From Alphaproteobacteria bacterium (GTDB taxonomy: Bacteria > Pseudomonadota > Alphaproteobacteria > SMXQ01): 64,000 nucleotides of DNA. How positions within the stretch are numbered: position 1 is the stretch's first letter; the number at the start of each line of letters is the position of its first letter. The notes under the pieces are model-generated. The model searched no databases. It was not told the DNA's origin and saw only the letters and a program-made list of their open reading frames with translations. Both the position numbers and the translations under genes were made by a program. The stretch spans positions 2,704 through 66,703 of the forward strand of contig JAOTVC010000001.1 in NCBI GenBank assembly GCA_029863585.1. The letters run 5' to 3'. This document shows positions 56,627 through 64,000 of the stretch, one piece after another.

Positions 56627-56872
56627 GCGCCGCGCCGTTCTAGCGTCCGGACTCGATACACATCATCTCCCAAGCTGACTTGCCGGAAATCTTCGATTTC
56701 CTTCACAGATCGCGCTGTCCGGGATCCTGGTCCGCCGTTTCGTCTCGGCAGGTATGTATCCTGGGGGGACAACTCTCACGCTCGGAAAACCTCACGGTTT
56801 TCCGCCTCACCCAGCGCCTGCGATGACGGAACACGCCGATGTTGCTAGTCCCGGCCTATGTTTGGAACATGA

Positions 56873-56913
56873 GCTTGTTAACCCGATGTCTCCTTTTAGC
56901 CAAAAGCAGACAT
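56873..56913 (+). repeat. hairpin repeat family 1, copy R7 (GTTAAC on the left)
   Basis: GCTTGTTAACCCG followed by ATGTCTCCTTTTAGCCAAAAGCAGACAT. Confidence 0.85.
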
Positions 56914-57124
56914 ATGACGTCCACAAGAATGGAATGTGCGCGCTTCACATTGCGGCCTATACAAATCCGCGATCGAGAACATTGGAGCCCGCGTCTGCTG
57001 CGCCCCAAGTAATTAACCTTAAAGAAAGCTACATTTTTATGTAGTGATTAACGAAATCCTCATTGATGAATGCAGCCGATTTTTGGAATCTCCACCTACC
57101 TCGATTGGTATTGGAGATTTTCAA

Positions 57125-57319
57125 ATGTTGATTACTGGGCACGTTTGGCTGAAAGCATTTATCGAAAAAGACGACGGCGTCACCGCCATTGAATATGGCC
57201 TCATTGCCGCACTTATCGCGGTCGTCATCATTGCCGCTCTAAGTCTCGTAGGCACAGAGCTCAACACGACCTTTTCAGAAATCCAAAGTGCATTAGCTAA
57301 CGCCAATAACGGCAGCTGA
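57125..57319 (+). CDS. flp: Flp-family type IVb pilin
   Basis: 64 aa from ATG 57125, with GGAG 8 nt upstream. KDDGVTAIEYGLIAALIAVVIIAAL is the Flp prepilin motif (G/xTAIEYGLI). Confidence 0.85.
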   Translation: MLITGHVWLKAFIEKDDGVTAIEYGLIAALIAVVIIAALSLVGTELNTTFSEIQSALANANNGS

Positions 57320-57425
57320 GCACCAGGGTGCGTTGCATCGCAGGTTTAATTTTCTAAGAGAAGAGAATACTTGCGCTCCAGGTAGGAGCGTCTTTTTCCC
57401 GGTTGATTACGGTGAGTGGTTAGTC

Positions 57426-59015
57426 ATGTTGCGTTCTGTTGCGAATCGTTTTTGTCCGCTTTCTCGTCCTTTTCAACAGTTTGCTCGGCGATTCTGGAGG
57501 GCTCGAAAGGGCACAGTTGCGATCTACGTGTCCTTCGTCTCCGTGATCATGATCGGCTTTGGCGCCTTGGTGGTTGATGCTGGACGTGCCTATACGCTGC
57601 AAACCGAACTGCAGAATGCAGCCGATGCGGCTGCGCTCGCCGGGGCAGCCGAGCTTGATCTAACAGCGACATCCATCACGCGGGCGCGCGCCGCGGCTAA
57701 GACCGCATTGATTAAGAATCTTCAGACTTTTGCTTCGGGCGGCACGGATGTGGAGATCACGGATGCCAACATCCGGTTTCTGTCATCGTTGCCACCTGAC
57801 GATGATTCACCAATCACTGCGGCTATCGTCACGACCGATTCGCTAAAGGCGAAATACATCGAGGTCACACCCACAGTCCGTGAGGTGGACTATCTCCTGG
57901 GGCCGGTTCTGGCCGCCTTCTTTGGCAATCAAGGCGAACAGCTCAGCAAGGGCAAGGCCTCGGCCACGGCGGTGGCGGGATTGGAGTGTGTCGTCTGCAA
58001 TTTCCCACCATTGATGATCTGCAATCCTGCAGAGTCCAACGGTTTGCCCGGTGCCGCATTCAACCCGGTTCCCGGCCAACTGGTAAAGCTCAAACAGGGC
58101 GGAGGTACGGGCAGCTGGACACCTGGCAACTTTGGCCTGCTCGATCCACCCCAGGGCAATCAGGGGACTGCTAACCTTCAAGAGGCTCTGGCGAGTAGCA
58201 GTCCGGAGGGGTGCTATTCGACCCTTGTCGATCTGCGCACGGGGTCGGCCGCCAATCCGATCTCAACGGCCATCAACACCCGCTTTGACATGTATGAGAC
58301 CCCGGGCTTCGGCGGAGGAGCAAGAAACAATTCGGCATATCTGCCGGCGCCGAACGTGACCAAGGGCAAGTACAAATCAGGCAACGACTATGTCGACTAC
58401 GCGGGTAGCCCACCGGCGGGTCAGGCCATGCCCAAGCACCCCTGCTTTGCCGCGGGCAACTGCGGAACCTTAGGCCCGTCCTTCCACGACCGTTTCGCTC
58501 CACCGGCGCCCGCCAATCTGTCTGACCAGCAGTCATTCTGGTCGGATTATTGGACGACCAATCATCCCACCGACGACTTCGCCTCGCTCTATTCCAATGG
58601 CGACATCGATCCCAACAATGACGGCGTTGTCACTCGGCAAGAGATGTATGAATGGGAAAACAGCGCCGGCAAGATCCCGACCGGGGACACCGATGGCGAC
58701 GGCGATGTTGATGCCTCCGATGCGGCCACGGCGAGTAGTGCCACGGGAGAGAATGGCCGGCCCATGAATTACGGTGGCGCGGTCGCACCCGATCCCAAGC
58801 GCCGCATCATCTATATCGCCGTGATCAACTGCGTCGATAACGGCCCGCTCAACGGCAATTCAGACAACGTTCCGGTCTTGGCCTACGCCAAGATGTTCAT
58901 TACCCATCCCGCCGAGGGCGGCAGCGATCAAACGATCTACGCGGAAATTATCGGCGTGTTGGAACCAAATCAGGACCAGGGGGTGCTGCATGACATTGTT
59001 CAGCTCTATCGCTAG
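57426..59015 (+). CDS. TadG-like pilus-assembly protein (pseudopilin) with C-terminal EF-hand-like loops
   Basis: Start set at ATG 57426. RKGTVAIYVSFVSVIMIGFGALVVDAGRAYTLQTELQNAADAAALAGA is the TadG N-terminal signature. The large C-terminal region has no other recognised domain. Confidence 0.75.
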   Translation: MLRSVANRFCPLSRPFQQFARRFWRARKGTVAIYVSFVSVIMIGFGALVVDAGRAYTLQTELQNAADAAALAGAAELDLTATSITRARAAAKTALIKNLQTFASGGTDVEITDANIRFLSSLPPDDDSPITAAIVTTDSLKAKYIEVTPTVREVDYLLGPVLAAFFGNQGEQLSKGKASATAVAGLECVVCNFPPLMICNPAESNGLPGAAFNPVPGQLVKLKQGGGTGSWTPGNFGLLDPPQGNQGTANLQEALASSSPEGCYSTLVDLRTGSAANPISTAINTRFDMYETPGFGGGARNNSAYLPAPNVTKGKYKSGNDYVDYAGSPPAGQAMPKHPCFAAGNCGTLGPSFHDRFAPPAPANLSDQQSFWSDYWTTNHPTDDFASLYSNGDIDPNNDGVVTRQEMYEWENSAGKIPTGDTDGDGDVDASDAATASSATGENGRPMNYGGAVAPDPKRRIIYIAVINCVDNGPLNGNSDNVPVLAYAKMFITHPAEGGSDQTIYAEIIGVLEPNQDQGVLHDIVQLYR

Positions 59016-59535
59016 GACCCTCCGAGTCAGCCCGGATCCGAAACAATCGATCCGGATGATGCTGGCCGATGACTCGCGCGGCGCTGCGGCCGTCGAGTTC
59101 GGAATTCTCCTTCCGTTCATGGTCGTATTGCTGGCAGGGATTGCCGATGTCGGGCGCAGCATCTGGCACCATCACACCCTGGAAAAGGGCGTTCGTGATG
59201 CGGCCCGCTATCTGTCCCGGGTCGATGCTCCCCCGACAGTCGCACAACGAGCAGCAGCCAAGAACCTCATGCTGCGCGGCGACTTCGATGGCTCGAAGCC
59301 GCTACCCTATGGCTATTGGTCGGGCAACATGACTACCAATCTCGATTCCCAGACCAATCTCGTTACGCCCTATGACAACAGTGCTGGCACCTTTCGCGGC
59401 CCCGATACGATCAACATCATCACGGTGACCGCATCGGTAACCGCACCGTCGGGGGAATTCCCGCTCCTGTCTTTGTTTGGAGGAGGCACGGTCAAGTATT
59501 CGGCCCGCCACCAGATCAGGAATGTCGGAGAGTAG
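58990..59535 (+). CDS. TadE-like pseudopilin
   Basis: RGAAAVEFGILLPFMVVLLAGIADVGRSI is the TadE motif. The start may be the internal ATG at 59056, which removes the 26-nt overlap with tadG. Confidence 0.75.
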   Translation: MTLFSSIARTLRVSPDPKQSIRMMLADDSRGAAAVEFGILLPFMVVLLAGIADVGRSIWHHHTLEKGVRDAARYLSRVDAPPTVAQRAAAKNLMLRGDFDGSKPLPYGYWSGNMTTNLDSQTNLVTPYDNSAGTFRGPDTINIITVTASVTAPSGEFPLLSLFGGGTVKYSARHQIRNVGE

Positions 59536-59538
59536 AGA

Positions 59539-60162
59539 ATGGCCAAGAAACTCCTGCGATCGTATTGGAGAAGGTCAGAGGGCGCAACGGCTCTGGAATT
59601 TGCCCTGGTCTGCGTCCCCCTGCTGATCCTCACCCTCGGAATCATCGAGTTTGCCTTTGCCCTGTTTCAATGGAACACAGCGGAAAAGGCGACACAGTTA
59701 GGGGTCAGGCGTGCGGTGGTCTCCGCGCCGGTTGCAACCGGGCTCAATACATTCAACGGAAAGACCAATAGCAATGAATATGGCGATGAGCCGATGCCGG
59801 ATTTTGCCAATTCTCCGGTGATCTGTAACGGGGCCACGTCTACATGCTCCAACGGCTTCACCTATTCGTCCGCAGCGCACGGCCGCATTGTCGCCAGGAT
59901 GCGGTCAATTTTCCCGCGCATCGCGGCAAACAACGTCGTGGTTGAGTATCAGCCGATGGGCCTTGGCTTCGTCGGGCGCTGCGGTGCAGTGCCGTCCGTG
60001 ACGGTTCGTCTGCAGAACATGTCCTACGACTTCATGGTCATCGACTCGCTGTTGAACCTGGTGGGCGGGACGGGGGCCGCGAGCATGGCCATGCCGAGCT
60101 TCACGGCCACCATGGTCGGCGAGGACCTCAACACTGCGGGGGCAATCTCACCCTGCGCGTGA
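59539..60162 (+). CDS. TadE/TadF-like pseudopilin
   Basis: Carries SEGATALEFALVCVPLLILTLGIIEFAFALFQWNTAEKA. Starts 4 nt after the previous stop. Confidence 0.75.
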   Translation: MAKKLLRSYWRRSEGATALEFALVCVPLLILTLGIIEFAFALFQWNTAEKATQLGVRRAVVSAPVATGLNTFNGKTNSNEYGDEPMPDFANSPVICNGATSTCSNGFTYSSAAHGRIVARMRSIFPRIAANNVVVEYQPMGLGFVGRCGAVPSVTVRLQNMSYDFMVIDSLLNLVGGTGAASMAMPSFTATMVGEDLNTAGAISPCA

Positions 60163-60301
60163 GCTACTGAAACGAAATGTAAACGTTCCAACCGTATCCT
60201 GATCATATCTTTTCACTGCAAACAGGCCCCTTCTGATTGCAGGAAAGAGCGAAGCATTTTCTGTTCTTCAAATTTACGAAGTGCTCTGGTCCTAGCTGCT
60301 G

Positions 60302-60338
60302 ATGACCGCTTTGGGTCATAAGCGGTCATCAGGTTAAC
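60302..60338 (-). repeat. hairpin repeat family 1, copy R8 (GGTTAAC on the right)
   Basis: ATGACCGCTTTGGGTCATAAGCGGTCAT followed by CAGGTTAAC. Confidence 0.85.
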
Positions 60339-60355
60339 GGGCTGCCACAGGCGAC

Positions 60356-60798
60356 TTAACGGGGCCTACCTCGATCAAAATGTTCGGTCTCGTTTGATAG
60401 CTGCACAAAGGGCAGCTTGCTCGATACGAAGATATCCATCTCCGGGCGCACAAAATTGGCGTTGTCAATCGTGCCGACTTTGATGTGAACCATCTTGCCG
60501 GCCCGTGAACTCCTGGCGAAAAGAGGCGTGCCGCAAGTTTCGCAAAAGCGCTTTGTGAGGGTTAGGCCAGCTTCATTCTCATGCTCGAATGTTTTCGGGG
60601 TGCCTTGCAGGATTTTCAGATCGTCTTCGTTGACAAAGACATAGGTTCCAAAGGCTGTCCTGTCGTTTTACGACAATCGTCACAGTGGCAATTCAAGGTT
60701 CTTATTAGTTCCCCATTCACCTCGTACCTGATGGCACCACATAAACACCGTCCCGTAAATTTCGGCATTTCTATTCCCCCTTTAATATGAACCGGCAT
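60356..60798 (-). pseudogene. GFA/CENP-V family (glutathione-dependent formaldehyde-activating-like) gene with a frameshift
   Basis: The N-terminal frame gives MPKFTGRCLCGAIRYEVNGELIRTLNCHCDDCRKTTG and then stops at 60616. A second frame, open from about 60667, continues AFGTYVFVNEDDLKILQGTPKTFEHENEAGLTLTKRFCETCGTPLFARSSRAGKMVHIKVGTIDN... to TAA 60356-60358. The shift lies within about 60653-60667. Confidence 0.7.
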
Positions 60799-60836
60799 TA
60801 GACACCTAAAGGGGGGGGAGTAGCGACAGAGTGCTT

Positions 60837-60873
60837 ATGTCCGCTTTGGGTCAGAAGCGGACATTCGGCTGAG
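60837..60873. repeat. hairpin repeat family 1, copy R9 (consensus hairpin, flank decayed)
   Basis: ATGTCCGCTTTGGGTCAGAAGCGGACAT, with perfect 10-bp arms. The flank TCGGCTGAG only weakly resembles CAGGTTAAC. Confidence 0.8.
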
Positions 60874-60961
60874 AACCCCTTGAGCCGTTCGGGCCGCCTC
60901 TTCGGTCATGCCGCGCGCGGGCCACTTGAATTGACAGGCCTCAGCCCCCAGGCCTTAAGGT

Positions 60962-60989
60962 AAAAAAAACCCCCGGCCGGAGCCGGGGG
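60962..60989 (-). terminator. Rho-independent terminator after the Bug-like gene (structurally bidirectional)
   Basis: CCCCCGGC-CGGA-GCCGGGGG. On the minus strand it is followed by T8. It lies 29 nt after the stop at 61018. Confidence 0.8.
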
Positions 60990-61017
60990 TTTCGTGTTTC
61001 GGGGTGCCTCGGGCGCC

Positions 61018-62133
61018 CTAGTTTTTCTTCTTCTTTTTCTTGCGCGCCTTGCGGCACCAGCTCGCCTCCTTTGTGTATTTCGAGCACGAGGTGACCGAGC
61101 CCTTGGCCGGGCGGCCCACCAGCTTGGCCGCGGCCTCCACGGTCTCCCGCGAGTTGGCATAGGCGCGCGTGGCGAGCTCCCGGATGGTCTTGGCGTCGAC
61201 AAAGGTGATCTCGAGCCGCAGCCTCTCGGCATCCTTCAGGAAGGCGGGGTCCTTGACCGCCTTTTCGAAGGCGTCGGTCAGCGCCTTGACCCGGTCCGCC
61301 GGGACCTCCGGCGGCGCCACATAGGGGCGGCCCGGTTCCTGGGCGATCAGCAGGAGTTCCACCACCTTGCGGGATTTCTCGTCCGGAATCTGCTGCAGGA
61401 TCAGCGGCACATTGGGCAGCTTAGGGTGCTTGTACAGGCCGATCTGGGCCAGAATGTTGAGCTTGTTCTGCAGGATCCAGTCGGGACTGGCGGCCAGCAT
61501 CGTCGAATAGCCCAAACCGCAGATGCCTTCCACCTCGCCGCGCTCCAGCGCCAGCCGCGAGCCGGAAGTGGAGTAGCCCTGGATCACCTTGAACTTGGTG
61601 CCGGTCGCCCAATTGAAGATCGCCGGCATCTTGGCCATGTTGCTGGTGGCCCCGGTGGCGGAGACGGTGACCGTCCTTTTCCTGGCGTCTTCAAGGGTCT
61701 TGACGGGGCTGGTGTGCCAGGTGGTGCAGATCGCCAGCAGCTTGCCGAGCGATCCCAGCCAATTGAACTTGAAGACGTCGAACTTGGCCTTCTGGTTGCC
61801 GAGCAGGGGCTCCAGCATCATCGTGTTGAAGGTCGACGCCACATGGGTGCCGTCGCGCTTGGCCTTGTTGTACATGTAATTGGTGACGAGCAGCCCGGCC
61901 GCGCCCTGCATGTTCTTCACCACCATCTTGGGCCGGCCGGGAATGTATTTGGTGTAATGGCGGATGAAGGCCCTGGTGTAGGTGTCGTAGCCGCCGCCGG
62001 GCCCGGAGCCGACGAACATGGTCATGCGTTGGGTCTTGTAGAAATCGCTGACGGCATCGGCCTTGGCGGCGGGCCCCGCCGCGATGGCTAGGGCACAGGC
62101 GCCGAGGCCGGCCAGGATTCGGCTCTGGATCAT
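61018..62133 (-). CDS. Bug/TctC-like periplasmic solute-binding protein with Cys-containing poly-Lys tail
   Basis: 371-aa ORF with a signal peptide (AIAAGPAAKADA) and GSGPGGGYDTYTRAF. Collinear with 7525-8808. Ends SCSKYTKEASWCRKARKKKKKKN. Confidence 0.7.
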   Translation of the reverse strand: MIQSRILAGLGACALAIAAGPAAKADAVSDFYKTQRMTMFVGSGPGGGYDTYTRAFIRHYTKYIPGRPKMVVKNMQGAAGLLVTNYMYNKAKRDGTHVASTFNTMMLEPLLGNQKAKFDVFKFNWLGSLGKLLAICTTWHTSPVKTLEDARKRTVTVSATGATSNMAKMPAIFNWATGTKFKVIQGYSTSGSRLALERGEVEGICGLGYSTMLAASPDWILQNKLNILAQIGLYKHPKLPNVPLILQQIPDEKSRKVVELLLIAQEPGRPYVAPPEVPADRVKALTDAFEKAVKDPAFLKDAERLRLEITFVDAKTIRELATRAYANSRETVEAAAKLVGRPAKGSVTSCSKYTKEASWCRKARKKKKKKN

Positions 62134-62271
62134 CGTGTCCTCCCTCGTGTTCCGTTGCAGAGCTTGGGGTACTCGCTTGAGCTTCCTGGAAGGCTAATGG
62201 AAAAGGGACGCCCGGGCCACGCTTTCCTATAATCGGGCGGGACGACGCCGCTGGGGAAAAAGGAGAAAAAA

Positions 62272-63060
62272 ATGCCGAAGAGCCAAGCCAACGGGATCGA
62301 TGTCCATTTCGAAGTCACCGGCGACGGCCCGGGCATGGTCCTGATCCACGCCATCCCGTTCGACAATACGCTGTGGCTTTATCAGGCGGCGCATTTCTCC
62401 ACCTGGTTCACCGTGGCGTCGGTCGACCTGCGCGGCTGGGGCCGCACCGAGAAGGTCACCGCCCCCTTCACCCTGGAAGACATCTGCCGCGACGTGATCG
62501 GGGTGATGGACGACCTCGGGATGGACACCGCCGTGGTGATGGGATGCTCCATCGGTTCCAAGACCGCCCTGATGCTGGGGGCGCTGTGGCCGGAGCGGTT
62601 CAAGGCGGTGATCCAGGTGGGCGGCAATTCCGGCCCCCAGGACATGTCCGCGCGGATGAAGGGCTACGCGGATGAGGATTTCCCGCCCTACCGCCGGGCG
62701 CATATGGATTTCGGCGTCACCGAACGGTTCGCGGCGAGCCCGATGGCGAAATACCTGTTCGCCAATCTGGCCGAGCGCGATCCCTGGCACGATCCCGCCG
62801 CCATCGTGCGCACCTTCGAGGCGCTTTCGGCGGCGGACCTGCGCGATCGCCTCGCCGCCTATCCGCTGCCCACCATGATCATTAACGGCGAATTCGACAA
62901 CGCCCGGCCCCGGGGCGAGGAAACGGCGGCCCGCATTCCCCATGCGCGGCACGAGGTCTTGCTTGGCGCGGGCCATGCCTGCATGATCGAGGATCCCGCC
63001 GGGTTCGATGCCCTGGTCCTCGACTTCCTCAAGGCCGAGGGATTGCTGCCTGGGCTCTGA
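62272..63060 (+). CDS. alpha/beta-fold hydrolase
   Basis: 262-aa ORF with MVLIHAIPFD, nucleophile elbow GCSIGS and a C-terminal GAGHACMIEDPAGF. Confidence 0.8.
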   Translation: MPKSQANGIDVHFEVTGDGPGMVLIHAIPFDNTLWLYQAAHFSTWFTVASVDLRGWGRTEKVTAPFTLEDICRDVIGVMDDLGMDTAVVMGCSIGSKTALMLGALWPERFKAVIQVGGNSGPQDMSARMKGYADEDFPPYRRAHMDFGVTERFAASPMAKYLFANLAERDPWHDPAAIVRTFEALSAADLRDRLAAYPLPTMIINGEFDNARPRGEETAARIPHARHEVLLGAGHACMIEDPAGFDALVLDFLKAEGLLPGL

Positions 63061-63144
63061 GCCCAAGAGGTCCTGGCCGTTGCGGACCGCCGCAGGGGCG
63101 GATAGACATGACCAACAACCAATCGAGAGAGGAGACACCCGCCC

Positions 63145-63870
63145 ATGCCCATCTACGGCCACCGCGCGCGCATCGGATACACCTCGCCGCCCTCGGCGAC
63201 GGAGATTTTTCCCTACGAATTCTACAAGATCGTGCCCGACGGCGTGACCCTGGTGGTCCACACCCTGCCGCTGGTCGAACGCAACGACGAGGAGGTCGAC
63301 CGCTCCTATGAGGCGAGCCTGCGCGCGGCCCGGATCATGGCCCGGGCCAAGGTCGATATCCTGGTCCATGGCGGCCTGCCCATCAACGTCTCCAAGGGGT
63401 TCGACAATCTCGACGACATGACGTCGGACACCGAGCGCCAGGTCGGCATTCCCGTGACCTCGTCGGCCACGGCCCAGCGCGAGGCGTTCAAGGTGCTGGG
63501 TTGCAGGAAGGTCGGCATCGTCCAGCCCTACGACACCTCTCACGACGAGCGCCACATGCAATACATGCGCGAGTTCGGGATGGAACCCGCCGGCTGCGCC
63601 CAGGCCAACGCCAAGTTCATCGAGTTGGGCCTGGTGCCCGACGAGGTGGCGCCGGCGCTCGGCCGAAAGGTCAAGGCGGAACACCCGGAGATCGACACGA
63701 TCTATTATTCCTGCCCCCATTGGGCCATGATCGGCGCCATCGACGTGCTGGAGAAGGAGTTGGGCGTGACCGTGGTCCAGCCCATCCAGGCGATCATCTG
63801 GCAGGCGCTCAGGCGCTGCGGCATTGACGACAAGATCCAAGGTTACGGGCGGCTGTTGCGCGATTTCTAG
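63145..63870 (+). CDS. AMDase/maleate isomerase-like protein, solitary fifth copy (C-terminal Cys retained)
   Basis: 241-aa ORF. Motifs: RARIGYTSPP, ILVHGGLPINVSKG, IYYSCPHW, LGVTVVQPIQAIIW and GYGRLLRDF. Confidence 0.75.
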   Translation: MPIYGHRARIGYTSPPSATEIFPYEFYKIVPDGVTLVVHTLPLVERNDEEVDRSYEASLRAARIMARAKVDILVHGGLPINVSKGFDNLDDMTSDTERQVGIPVTSSATAQREAFKVLGCRKVGIVQPYDTSHDERHMQYMREFGMEPAGCAQANAKFIELGLVPDEVAPALGRKVKAEHPEIDTIYYSCPHWAMIGAIDVLEKELGVTVVQPIQAIIWQALRRCGIDDKIQGYGRLLRDF

Positions 63871-63924
63871 GCCGCAGCCCCGCCCGCGGGGCCGAAAAAC
63901 AAGAAGAGGCGGAAGGAGGGGACC

Positions 63925-64000
63925 ATGACCGTCATCATCACCGACGAAGACGTCGCACGGCATCTCAGCATGAAGGAATGCATCGGCGCCATGGCCACCG
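63925..64000 (+). CDS. ornithine cyclodeaminase/mu-crystallin family protein (5' fragment, runs off window)
   Basis: The ATG is preceded by GGAAGGAGGGG. MTVIITDEDVARHLSMKECIGAMAT resembles the usual N-terminus of this family. Only 25 codons are visible. Confidence 0.5.
   Translation, partial: MTVIITDEDVARHLSMKECIGAMAT

Noticed and set aside
29731-60873. Possibility that the recurring 28-bp palindromes form a CRISPR array.
   Set aside because: Copies are kilobases apart with irregular spacing, occur in both orientations and sit between genes. No cas genes are present. The architecture is REP/MITE-like, not CRISPR.
29731-60873. Possibility that the hairpin plus GTTAAC elements are integron attC sites delimiting gene cassettes.
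   Set aside because: GTTAACC does not fit the GTTRRRY core (the third R is C). Bracketed segments contain several genes in both orientations rather than single promoterless cassettes. No intI or attI is visible. I kept only the weaker statement about inverted bracketing.

Overview
This 64-kb window is high-G+C, about two-thirds G+C by eye, and densely coding. It is most likely an alphaproteobacterial chromosomal segment dominated by accessory catabolism and solute uptake.

Genes I can support:
- An oxalate operon: GntR regulator, oxc, frc, an ADP-forming acyl-CoA synthetase and a PaaA-like diiron protein.
- Two complete tripartite tricarboxylate transporters (tctCBA) plus two orphan Bug/TctC-like binding proteins.
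- Two LigI-like amidohydrolases, four alpha/beta hydrolases and two FAH-family enzymes.
- Two IorAB-type molybdenum hydroxylases flanking a split XdhC and a MocA maturation cassette.
- A tandem array of four AMDase/maleate-isomerase-like paralogs, with a fifth copy elsewhere.
- A DUF2089-LemA-TPM operon.
- msrB, a cyclophilin and a threonine-synthase-like gene.

Three visibly lower-G+C segments interrupt the backbone, at about 29.7-36.5, 41.0-43.8 and 56.6-60.9 kb. They carry hflKC with nfu, a DUF853 NTPase with YegP, and an orphan Flp/TadG/TadE pilin cluster with a frameshifted GFA gene. All ten copies of a roughly 40-bp hairpin repeat (ATGTCCGCTT-N8-AAGCGGACAT next to GGTTAAC) lie inside these segments. 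Where orientation can be read, the copies bracket each segment as inverted pairs.

I found no rRNA, tRNA, CRISPR array, integrase or transposase. Family names come from motif recognition in the supplied translations and from memory, not from database searches. G+C statements are visual estimates.
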